DNA of 63,942 bases, the filler included, from Craspedostauros australis (Eukaryota), in NCBI GenBank assembly GCA_030167865.1. It is 11 parts of 11 records of this genome, joined end to end, with 100 filler letters (N's around TTAATTAATTAA, not from the genome) between each part and the next. Parts side by side here need not be neighbours in the genome. Positions count along the whole stretch, not along the records: positions 38,270 to 49,466 come from JALAGF010002784.1; positions 49,567 to 50,787 come from JALAGF010002786.1; positions 50,888 to 55,208 come from JALAGF010002788.1; 8 more parts are not named here. One strand, 5' to 3'. The notes below the pieces were generated by a model. The model was not told where the DNA came from. It ran no database searches and saw only the letters and a program-made list of their open reading frames with translations. The translations under genes and the position numbers were made by a program. Of this stretch, positions 44,457 to 55,308 are shown in pieces (within the stretch, counting starts at the first letter, position 1; every line of letters starts with the position of its first letter).

Positions 44457-45085
44457 AACTCCTATTGTTGCCACAATTAGGATGCTTCAGGTCCACTAGA
44501 GCGTCCCATCAACAGCATTCCTTCCGATCATCACCACATGGACCAATCGCGCCAGCTTGCGCTCATCCCACTCATATCCACATTCGCACTCAACCAAGGA
44601 AACCCGATCCAAAGCGAGCGCAATTCGACGCGATGCGTACAGCAGGGCTGGGCAGCCTATTCCGGGTCTCAGACGCAACCGCACAGCGCCTGGCGCACCT
44701 GTCAGCTGTGCATTACTCCTGCAAACTCGAAGAGATGTTTTTGGCAAACATCTTCAACCACTCTACGAGCACGACGATACCGCACTTTCAACCAAGGAAG
44801 CCGACCACACGCCGATGTCAACTTATTCAATTGTACAACTAGAACCTACATGCCAGTTTCATCTCCACCTCAATTCAGAGTGCAGTTTCCCATGTCTTTG
44901 CCGCTGTCTGTCATCTCTTGAACTCGCGATCCTCAACGGTGCCTGCCGCACGCGTAAACGTGCTCTAATCCAGTGGGTAAATCTATGCACAGCACGTGTT
45001 CACCGGCAGATCACACGAGACGCGCCTAATGCCAACTTCGCTTCGCTTCACCCTCACTCCGTTCCCTCCTTCCAAGCAACCAGCA

Positions 45086-48000
45086 TCAATCGCAAAGCAA
45101 CTGCGGAAAGCTCTCTTGCAACCGTACGAGATCGCCCCCACGACCACCAGCGGTGTTCACCAAATCGCGTGCCGGAATCCCATGAATGGCAGAACCGACC
45201 AACAGCATCGATCGCTCCATCTTTGCGATGGGATTGATATCGTCTTGGATCACGGTCCCCATCACATCATTCTCGAAGCAATGCGTCACGCAAACAACGA
45301 CGTGCAACGATGCGCAGTCGATGCGCAGGGAGCCGCTGCGGCTCAATGCATCCAGCAGGTCAAAAGCTTTGTTCTTTTCCGATTGGATTTCGGGTGGACC
45401 AAGCTCCGACGATTCCGGTTTGCTCAAGAGATTGGCCTGGCGTTTGCGAGTCCAGCAATTCGATGCCTTGATGGTGGTGGAGCGCAGCGCGTTATCAGAA
45501 TCGAACTTCTCAATCGATTCATCCAGCATCTTGGGGATCCGTGTGAAATCAACTTGTGTGGATGACAGTGCTGATGGTGGTGAGGACGCATTGGCGTTGA
45601 TGCCTGCCATTTCATCCGTTGGCTTGGTATCTTGACGCTCCTGACCTTCCTGCTGCTGCTGCTGCTGCTGATCGCCGATGATACCGTCGTCTGCGTACTC
45701 TTTGGCGAAGTCTGGAGAGACGGACAAGTGCGAGTCTACTTGCGGCCCCTTGTCGATATCCCTGGATATCTCCATTACATCATCCATGCACCTGGATATT
45801 TCGGCACTGCAAGTCCTGGACTCCATCGCAATGTTCTGAAGCTCCTCTGTGATACATTCTTCCATCTCAAGATCTTCCATCTCCATGTAGTCTTCCTCAC
45901 ACGCAAACATTGGTGGAATTAGTAGACTATCATCCGGATGAATCACTCCACTCATTGCCTCCTCCATCGATGCTTCCCTTTTCGCATCCTCGAGCAGCTT
46001 CTGTTTCTCGTCGCTGATCACTTGCATGACGGCTTTGATGTGATCCTTGACATCTTCCACTTTGGCATGCACACTGGTCGTTGCTACGCCATCGAAGCAG
46101 AGCATATCAGATGGAACTTGGTACTCGATGAAGAGCTCCATGAGGTCCTGCGTCATCTTCATCTCCTTCGCCAACGCATCCGCCGGCAATCCCAGCAGTG
46201 ACTCAAGCTGTGGCTTGATTTCGACGATGCAAACACCGAACACTGACGAGTCCAGCTGCATGCTGCGGAATGAGTTAGCGAAGCTCTGCTGTTCCGGGGA
46301 CAGTGATTTGATGGCGTCCTTGAAATCCTTCGCCGTCGGTATCTCTTCGAGCAGTAGCGGGATGAATAGCTCGTCCTTGTTATGGACGATGATGGCATCC
46401 TTGGGATTGAGCGTGGCGGGCCCTGCCATGGTGCCAACGATGAGGATGAAGGATGAGAACTGACGAGCACGAGCAATCAGCTGATACGTGCTGTGTGCGC
46501 GGTCAAAGCGGTGTTTCACCCATCCATGCAAGTGCGCTTTCCCTCCCACTTCCACAGCCGTGGCTGCGTTCAATGGAATCTTGAGTGGAGTTTCCATCTC
46601 GACTTGGCGGCACAAGGTTTCGATCGACTCCATCTTCCCATCGCTGTCGGCTGCTTCGATGCTGAGGATCCCCTCTGGTGAATGATGCGGTCGTTGGATT
46701 GCGTAGCAAAATGATCGCGGGGGAAGAGTCAATAGCCTGCTGTTGTGGTAGCTCATGAACTGATCCAAGTCATGCGAGCCCACTTCCTTGCCGACGGCTG
46801 CAATCAGTTGCTTCTTGAGCATTTCTTCGATGTAGCCGATGCTGTTCGTGTATTGCTGATGCAACTCTATCATGTGTGAACTGAGCACCACCAGTGAGGC
46901 TTCAGACGTTGATAGGAGCTGATCTAGCGTCTTGGCAGGCACCTGCGAGGATATCTTTGACATGGCCTCTTCGATGCTTTGGACATGTGCGCTGACTAGC
47001 AGATGCATGTCTGCGATAGGCAGCAATGGAGACAAGAGGCTCGCAGTATCGTCGTGATTGTCATCATCATCGACACTGGCACTGGTACTGGGACGGTCAA
47101 AAGACACTATGGAATGCTCCACGTCATTATTCATCCCGCCATCGCCATCGCCATCGCCACCTGCACCTGCATTGTCTGCGCCATCCAATGGCAATGGGCG
47201 TGGGCCTGGCAGCGTCTCCATCAATGGTAGGATGGGACAGAATATGGATGAAGCATTGATGGGCGATACAGTTGATCCCCCGCGTGGCTGTTCTTTCGCT
47301 GGGTTGTGCATATGGACTGTGCCCTTCACTTTTTGCTCGAAGTGCCTGCAGACACTGCGAGACCAACACGACAGTTCATCAAAGAACTGCAACGCATCGT
47401 CGATTTGAGTGTTGCGGCGTGGGGTTCTTGTGCCCTCCGCATCTCCACGATCGATCCTGAACTGTGCCGCCAGCAAATTGACATCAAGCATCCGCAGCAG
47501 CCAATTCAAGGATAGCTCGATTGGCGGATGATCCATCGAGGTCGGGAATTGGGCATTCTTGTCCTGAGTCACGATGATCGTGGAACTCTTGCGAGATTGC
47601 AGCGTGATTCTACCGTCGGTAGCACTTGCTCCAGCATACAGGCTGATCTCCCAAGAGCTAGTCACCCTCCAACTGTGCTCCGTCACCTTCTTGACCACCT
47701 TGTGGATGGTGGTCTTCTCTTTCTTCGCAAACAGCGTTCTGGCACTTCTGACCTTCTTCTTTGTCACGTACGTGTCTGAAGTCTGAACCTCCACCACCTG
47801 CTCGCCCAGAAATTGGTGGGAACCAGACGCTTGAAACCGCAACGTGGTTGTCTTGGATGTATCGATGGACTTGAGCATTTCAGCCGTCAATCCAAGCCGT
47901 CCCAAGGTATTCACAACGGAGATGATGGAAGTGTTGGTGAGCAGGTCCGCCAAGCCATACTTATCGCGGTACTCGTGCTCAACATGTTCGGCGAGACGTG

Positions 48001-48295
48001 GATTGCGATCGATGTCCAGAATTCGTTCCACCGACCTCAAGGCTTTGTCGACTTGATGGCATGAGAGTGAGAAAACAACGGAAGCCAAGAACAGCAGCAG
48101 CAGGAGTGTGGACGTGAGCAGGAATGAAGACGACTGTGACGACGACTACAGCAATTGACAACCCGCCCGTTCGCGTGGCGGACGATGCCTCAATTCACAT
48201 CGCAAAGCCAGCATGCCATTGAGCGGCCTGCACAACCGACCGACTCACTCACCACCTTCACGAAACTCGAACTCAGAGAATTGATTGTACTTCAT
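45086..48295 (-). CDS. Uncharacterised protein of about 1000 aa; predicted exons 48295-48253 and 48051-45086
   Basis: Long stop-free ORF with globular blocks (ARQFSSFILIVG, LSPEQQSFANSFRSMQL, KAFDLLDALSRSG). A GTGAGT...AAG intron gives the in-frame N-terminus MKYNQFSEFEFREG-VDKAL. Confidence 0.8.
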
Positions 48296-49108
48296 AGTGC
48301 CGTCGTTGCTGGAATGCTCTCCGTCTTTCTTTGGTTCTCTGGTCTCGTCGTTTTGTGCTTTCGTGAATTGTGGCAGCGCACATCGAGGAGCACGTGGGGC
48401 GAGGGAGCGCATTTGTTCGAAGCTGTCAGTATCGCACCTTCTACGACCGCTCACCCATCCACTCCGCCCTATTGCCATTGACTCGTGCTTCTGTGTGTCT
48501 TGGTTTGATGTCAAAGATACCACGTCTCGAAACAGGGTTTGTGTGACTCGAGTGTCAAAAATGGGACAGAACGGGATCCGAGAGCAAACGTGCCCCAAAC
48601 AAACACCTGTGGCCACACAATAACTGTTGTGTAGATCGCTGTAAGACGTTTACGTAAGTCCCGAACCAAAAAATGCCAAGAACAGCATCAACCAAAGCCA
48701 AACTCTCCGGACTTAGCTCGTGTGAGTGTTCCTGCACTCATCTTTCCATTGTAGCATCATATGGAATTTATATATACAATAATGAAGTTTAGTGGCTGTT
48801 CCTCTCTTGCTCAGTGAGCACTGATATGATCCGTCAAGCACCCCATCATTCACGGACGTTTCTGGCTTGTGTTTGGCAGGTCTTCTTGTCCTGGCTGTTC
48901 CAAACAACTGATCCAACTGTCTATGACGTCACGATGACGCAAGCGTTTAAACAGAATTCCCTGAACTTGCCACCGAAATTGGTGATCCGAGTGGTCAGAT
49001 ATCACTCCGTCTGGCAAAGGAGCACCAAACGCAAGCATACCAACACACCATCGAACCCAAACATAACATATACCATATGGTTGTGACCAACTCGGCGAGA
49101 GGATTCTG

Positions 49109-49466
49109 AAATGAATTTATTGTGCAGATTGAGCCAAACACCGCTAAGTCCGGAGACTTCAAAGATGGAGAGTCGATTTCCTCGAAAAAAGAGGCAAGAT
49201 CCTACTGACCTCCTGTAGAATCCTTTGTGTGGCTAACTGTAGGCAATGGAAACCCGGTCCGTCCTTCGTCCGTCGGAAAACCATACCAATGGGTCAACAA
49301 ACACATCAAGATCGACGAGATGGTAGTAACAACAAGGTAATGTTATCACTTGCCAGGATAGCCCTGGTTGTTAAGCTTACGTAGATATGAAGAGATGTTG
49401 GATTGAGTGTCTACAACTTCAAGTCTGAGTTTGGGGAAAACGGGTCCAAAATCTGTAGCCAACTGT
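49109..49466. mobile_element. Diverged third copy of the 428-bp repeat family; the element may extend left to about 48550
   Basis: Colinear similarity (CAGATTGAGCCAA..CCGCTAAGTCCGGAGACTTCAAAGATGGAGAGTCG ... GATGGTAGTAACAACAAG ... TCCAAAATCTGTA). An inverted copy of GCTAAGTCCGGAG lies at about 48705-48717. Confidence 0.8.
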
Positions 49467-49629
49467 NNNNNNNNNNNNNNNNNNNNNNNNNNNNNNNNNN
49501 NNNNNNNNNNTTAATTAATTAANNNNNNNNNNNNNNNNNNNNNNNNNNNNNNNNNNNNNNNNNNNNATACACAAACATCGATATCTCTTCCATAGGCAGC
49601 TCCGACCACAGACATCCTCGACAGCCAAT

Positions 49630-49683
49630 CCAACGTCTATCGTCCAACGTCCAACGTCCAACGTCTATCGTCCAACGTCCAGC
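49630..49683. repeat. (CGTCCAA)n 7-bp tandem repeat upstream of the ankyrin gene
   Basis: About 7 imperfect CGTCCAA/CGTCTAT units. Confidence 0.8.
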
Positions 49684-49712
49684 AACCATCGACCATCCAC
49701 CATACTCTAAAA

Positions 49713-50787
49713 ATGCCGAGTGTTACCAACCAACAACTCATTGATGCTGCCATAGCAGGTGACTTGTCAGTGTTGAAGGAGTGGAAGAGGCAGAACAAGA
49801 CGCAGAATGAAGGAGATGGTGTCAACTTCAAAACCCACAATGGCAACATTCTCCTTCATTACGCATGCTCCGCCGGCTGCCTGGAGTGTGTCAAGTACCT
49901 CATCAGATCATGTGAGGCAAACATCCATTGCAAAAACAACGATGGTTGCACTCCCCTTCATCATGCATGCATAAACGGCTGCCTGGAGTGTGTCAAGTAC
50001 CTCATCGAATCATGTGAGGCGGACATCAACTGCAAAGACAACTCTGGTTGGACTCCCCTTCATCATGCATGCATAAACGGCCAGCTGGAGTGTGCCAAGT
50101 ACCTCATCGAATCATGTGAGGCAGACATCAACTGCAAAACCAACAAGGGCAACACTCCCCTTCATCTGGCATGCTCCGCCGGCTGCCTGGAGTGTGTGAA
50201 GTACCTCATCAGATCATGTGAGGCAAACATCCATTGCAAAAACAACGATGGTTACACTCCCCTTCATCGGGCATGCATCAACGGCCACCTGGAGTGTGTC
50301 AAGTACCTCATCGAATCATGTGAGGCGGACATCAACTGCAAAGACAAATATGGTTACACTCCCCTTCATTGGGCATGCTACAACGGCCACCTGGAGTGTG
50401 CCAAGTACCTCATCGAATCATGTGAGGCGGACATCAACTGCAAAAGCAACGATGGTTCCACTCCCCTTCATGATGCATGCTCCAAAGGCCAGCTGGAGTG
50501 TGTTGTGTACCTCGTTGCATCAGCCAATGCCGATACCGACATTGAAAACAACAACAACAAAACGCCCCTCGATGTGATCGATGCAACACTTCAAATCAAG
50601 ATAAACCGTCTCACACATCTGAGTCGCTGCAACTCACAACTGCAGCAGCAGTTGAAAGAGAATGAGCAGGAGAACGAACAACTGAAACAGCAGTTGAAAT
50701 GGAAGGAGGAAGAGAAGAAGCAGAAGGAGCAAGAAAACGAACAACTGAAACGGCAGTTGGAACGGAAGGAGGAAGAGAAGACACAGA
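49713..50787 (+). CDS. Ankyrin-repeat protein with 7 near-identical 34-aa repeats and a C-terminal coiled-coil repeat; 3'-truncated by the contig end
   Basis: GxTPLHxACxxGxLECxKYLIxSCEAxIxCK repeats with an exact 102-nt period from 49842, followed by an EQENEQLKxQL 21-aa repeat. Confidence 0.93.
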
Positions 50788-50887
50788 NNNNNNNNNNNNN
50801 NNNNNNNNNNNNNNNNNNNNNNNNNNNNNNNTTAATTAATTAANNNNNNNNNNNNNNNNNNNNNNNNNNNNNNNNNNNNNNNNNNNN

Positions 50888-51649
50888 AGATGCCGCGCTC
50901 CGACCTCCAGGCGTGACAGGGGCCACAGAGCTTCTCCCACCGTTCGTTGCAGCAGCACTTGTCGCAACGCCCGCGCTGCCGTCATCGTCGTCGTAGAGAC
51001 TTGGCAGATTCGACAGTGACTCCAGGCTCTTGCTGCGAGACTTTTTCGTTGTCGCAACTCGAGGTAGAGCCGGGATGCTGGCTGTACTCATTGCGCCTGA
51101 TGTCTCTGATGTGTCTGGTGTGACTGGCATGTTGCGTCCGTCCTTCGAAAATTCCAAACTCTTGCTCCTCGATTCGGCGCTGCTGGTCGTTCCGTTGGAA
51201 TTCGTTTGTGTCCTTGGCCTGCGTCTCCGACTCTGGGCAAGCATCATCTTGTCTTGGTTGATCCGTTCGCGGGTTGCGCCGAGTGCTGGGGCTGTGGCGA
51301 AGCTGAGTCCACCTGGGGTGTTTGGCGTCTGTATGGATTTGTTGTCGTTGAACTTGCTGGGATCAAGGGAGCCGAATGACATCTCGTGATCTTGCATGTC
51401 GAGCATGTCCAGACTCTTCGCACGTGATGATTTCACAGCTGAAGCTTTTGCATCTTTGGCTGTACTTCTATTGGCCCTGCTTGGTGTATCTGTGCTGACA
51501 CTCGCACGACGACCTGATTTTGCAGCTGTTTTGGCCTCTTTGGCGACGCTTGTGGGCTTGCGCGCCTTCAATTTCGTGTCAGTCTGTTGCGATTGCTTGG
51601 TCTCCGTTTGTTTCTCTGCTATCAGTCTGACACCGTCCTCTTCCAGCAA
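50888..51649 (-). CDS. Low-complexity Ser/Thr/Lys-rich hypothetical protein fragment; start unresolved, 3'-truncated
   Basis: About 250 open codons with a recurring SRSKSLE/SRAKSLD motif. No recognisable domain. Confidence 0.4.
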
Positions 51650-53790
51650 CTTCGATGGTCATGACCGCACGGGCTGGACGAAGGTTCGAACAGAGTACCT
51701 ATCAGGCTGGACGCTTTGTTGTGGCAACTCCCAGAGTAGATCATACTCATGGGAGGTTCCATACTCATAGTTGTACAACGGGTGGGTCAAGATGCGGAGC
51801 AACTGGCGAGCCTTCCCACAGTTCCTCTTGGATGTCGATGCTTTGTCATCTTGTCCGATGGTTGGTGTTTGTGTCGGTGGTACCAATGAAGGGATGTGGT
51901 GCCGTTGGAGGGGTCGCCATCCCCATCACCATCGTCGAACAGAGTTGCGTCGAATGAAGACAACACAGAGGTGATGTTCGTCGTGAGTGTTTGTGTGCGT
52001 CATTGGTTGAATGAACGACGGATGGCAGACAGACGAGTACTCAACAAACGCGACAACAATTCTCTTGGTCTCGTTCCATACGAATTAGCACGCTTGCAGA
52101 ATTCCCGATTCGATGAGCGCCGCAAAGAACAACCAGCATTGATAGAGGTTCGCAGTCTGCCGCTGCTATTGCTGCTGTCGGCGGGCTGTGATCTTGGCGA
52201 GAGCTGTGCCATACCTGGCATCAGTGGATCCCTTGTTGTGATGGCGAGCGCGGACGACCAAGCGCAACCGATTGCCGTACGAGTATGGTAGGAATGGGCA
52301 CCGCATCGAGAGATGGCGAGACAGGTTCTGGCCTGCTCTTCACGCTTTCGCGTCGTCATGTCCTCGCCAAGGTCGAGTACAATCATAGCCCGTACGCGTA
52401 TGAATGCGAAGGCGAGTGTGCCGTACTCGCACCCACTATACTCGTACGTATGGTAGGTAAGCGTGGTGTGATCCACTCTCTCTGGAGAGATGGCAACTCT
52501 GGACTCTTCATTCGCCGGTTGTTGATGGGATTAGTGAGATGCTTCCTGGGACCTGTCCCAGTGGCACGGTGTGTACCGGTGCCATGTTCATCGAGTGTTT
52601 GAGTACTGGTGCCTTCGGAGTATGCTTATACTGGTTTGTGCTGGTGTGAGAGAACGGCTGGGATGCCGTTTCGTTCATGGATACTGGTTGCCTGGTTGCT
52701 CTTCTCCCTTCGTCACACTTGGGCAACCATTTGCATGCTCGGACCAGCACAGGTTGGCGCCTTCTGACTCTTCCTATCTCTCTCTTTCTCTCTCTCTCTC
52801 GCTTGCTTTGGCTGTTTGCCCCATGTTGCTTCCGTCTCTTGGCCGATTTCGCAACTTCCTTGGTGTGCACCAAACAGTGGCCTCGACACATCCAGCGTCC
52901 AACTACTCGTGCCACCTTCACGCGGAGTGGCAAAGACCATCGCTGTCGCCATGGATAATAGCTCGTGCTCGTAGTCGTACCGATGCGCTGTGTCATTCCG
53001 CACTCCTGATTGCATTTTGGCACCCACGAACCTGCAACATCGCAGCCCTCCATCGGCGAAACAAGAACAAGTCACGGAGGAAGAAGTACCACAATGTCCC
53101 ATCGACACAACGGATACTCCCACCACGAGTGCGAAAGGACACCATCATCACCCACGCGGTTTTCCGCAGAGCCGGACACAACGCAACCCGTTTCGATCGT
53201 GTTTCTCGATGTTGCCGTTGTGGTTGGTTGATTGATTTCGCCTCCCCCAATCACGATTCGTCGGACGTTCCGTCCCGTTCACCGCAGAAAGGACATTGGC
53301 ACGACCGCAGGTTTTTCCGTCCTGTGTCCGCATTCCGTGACGTCACGAAGGGCAGCTCTGTGACCAATCAAAGTGTCGCTGCGAAACATGGGCTTGTGGT
53401 GGAATCGTTCGTGTTCTCCTTTTGTGCTACTTTGCTCGTAAGCAGGAAAGGGTCCGTTGGGGTGGGAAGGCGTTCGTGGTACACAAAAACTCACTCGTTT
53501 TTGGTCAGCGGGAGTAACAACATCGCGCGATGACAACCAGCGCCCTCATAAAATGTTCTCTGCTCTTCCTTTTGTCCCGTTTCCCACCGCTTCCTTCCAT
53601 CATCGTGCCACTCCACTTGAGTCTTCCGTGTTCCTTGCCAAGAGCATCTGTGCCCATCTCGTCTGGTTCCCACCAACGTCGCACAAAAATACCACCACCA
53701 CCACCAACAACAACAACGCCAATCGCCAGAAACAACCTCGCCCTCAGCAACCTCCACACACACAGCTCGCACTCGACACAACTCTTCCTC

Positions 53791-54609
53791 ATGCTGGTCG
53801 TCACACCAAGAACTCCCACCGTGGTCGTCTCATCTCCGTCGCGGGCGGACCATCCCATTCTGTTGCTGGCAACCACGGAAGCCCAATCGGCACTTCACAA
53901 GTTCAGCGACCTGAAGGCCTTGCCGCAACAACCCTTCCTCGAACTGGAGGCACCATCGGCGCAAGAGTGCTGCGACGATCGTAACGCCGAACACGGCCAA
54001 CCCCAAGATGCCGTTGACACGGATAGCGACTGTGAGAGCGATAATGATGGCGATAGCGATTCTTGCACGTCCACAATCAGTGTCGGAAGGCTAAATGGCA
54101 CCAAGAAGGCAATCGCCTCTTCAGCCTCCACGCCGCAAACTCCAGCCCGGAAGCAGGTGCGGTTCATGCAGCTCGACGAGCTGTATCCAATCCCAAACCG
54201 CGAGGAGTACACGCTGCATGAAGTGAAATCATCGTACTACGCGAGGGAGGACTATCACCGCATGCGCCAGGAATGCTACTGGACTCTGGTCCGCGCCAAG
54301 GAGCACGAGCCCTTGGATGAGGCATCCACGTTGCGTGGCCTGGAGGCATTGCTGCCGGACAGCCACGAACGACGATCCCAACGCATCGAACGATCTCAGC
54401 AGGCGGTCCTTCGCATGCAACTTGCGCAAGGCCAATGCAGGTTTGCGGCAGCCGCATCCACAAACGCCACCTTCATCGCCCAGGTGTACCGGAGCACTAC
54501 CACGATCGCCAGCAAGTTGGCACATCAACGCGCGTTGGCCGATCAGCAAGCCGTGTCCGTGGTTGGCGAGATGGGCATCCCACCACGACAACAGGTCATC
54601 GTCAGATGA
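53791..54609 (+). CDS. Diatom-type hypothetical protein (VRF...RGLE family); start uncertain
   Basis: KQVRF, IPNREEYT..E..SSYY..EDY, LRGLE, AVL..Q, IAQVY...T...AH.RALAD pattern of a widespread diatom family. Confidence 0.7.
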   Translation: MLVVTPRTPTVVVSSPSRADHPILLLATTEAQSALHKFSDLKALPQQPFLELEAPSAQECCDDRNAEHGQPQDAVDTDSDCESDNDGDSDSCTSTISVGRLNGTKKAIASSASTPQTPARKQVRFMQLDELYPIPNREEYTLHEVKSSYYAREDYHRMRQECYWTLVRAKEHEPLDEASTLRGLEALLPDSHERRSQRIERSQQAVLRMQLAQGQCRFAAAASTNATFIAQVYRSTTTIASKLAHQRALADQQAVSVVGEMGIPPRQQVIVR

Positions 54610-55308
54610 TGGCAACGTCTGCCATCATCGTCATTATCATCGTCGTCGTTAGACGTATCGGAGGCAGCGAAAGAGGTAATGCTCTGTCTGCGGAAGCCGA
54701 TACACTTTCAACGTTAAACAATCAATAGAAAACAAGATAGAATAGAATACGTGTACGTGAACGAGTACGCACTGAAAGTTGACGGAACAGCGATGATGGC
54801 CATGATGATGATGATGCGGAACGCCCAAACCAAGAAATCGCTACCATCTCTGCCGCTGATGTCACTGTTGTTGACGTCGTCCTTCCTGACGTTATCACCA
54901 TGTTTGGCGACACCGATCGGCGGTCGCCAGGTTCCGATTTTGGTTCCTGTGCACTCTTCGCTTTTTCGGTTTCCATCATCCGTGATTGACTCCGAACACA
55001 ACCCTGGGACACCCGGCAAAAAGGGTCGAATTAGTCGATATTGGAGATGACTGGCCCAGCCAATTAAAACTTGTTGTAATGGCGATGACAAATATTCCCG
55101 CGAAAAGAATGCTCTCGACTCATATTTTCGTTCTCAGGAACTCTTCGTGGGTCATAGCTTCGAGTTTCACTGTTGGGAGAATCATGGAGAAACTCCGAAA
55201 ATGACCCTNNNNNNNNNNNNNNNNNNNNNNNNNNNNNNNNNNNNNNNNNNNNTTAATTAATTAANNNNNNNNNNNNNNNNNNNNNNNNNNNNNNNNNNNN
55301 NNNNNNNN

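Noticed and set aside
51650..51886. In-frame TGA (minus strand) joining two ORFs as selenocysteine or readthrough
   Set aside because: The upstream frame has no ATG and no protein-like motif, and there is no redox context.
55005..55208. Possible DNA-transposon terminus starting GGGACACCCGGCAAAAAGGG before the contig end
   Set aside because: No second copy or partner end in the window.
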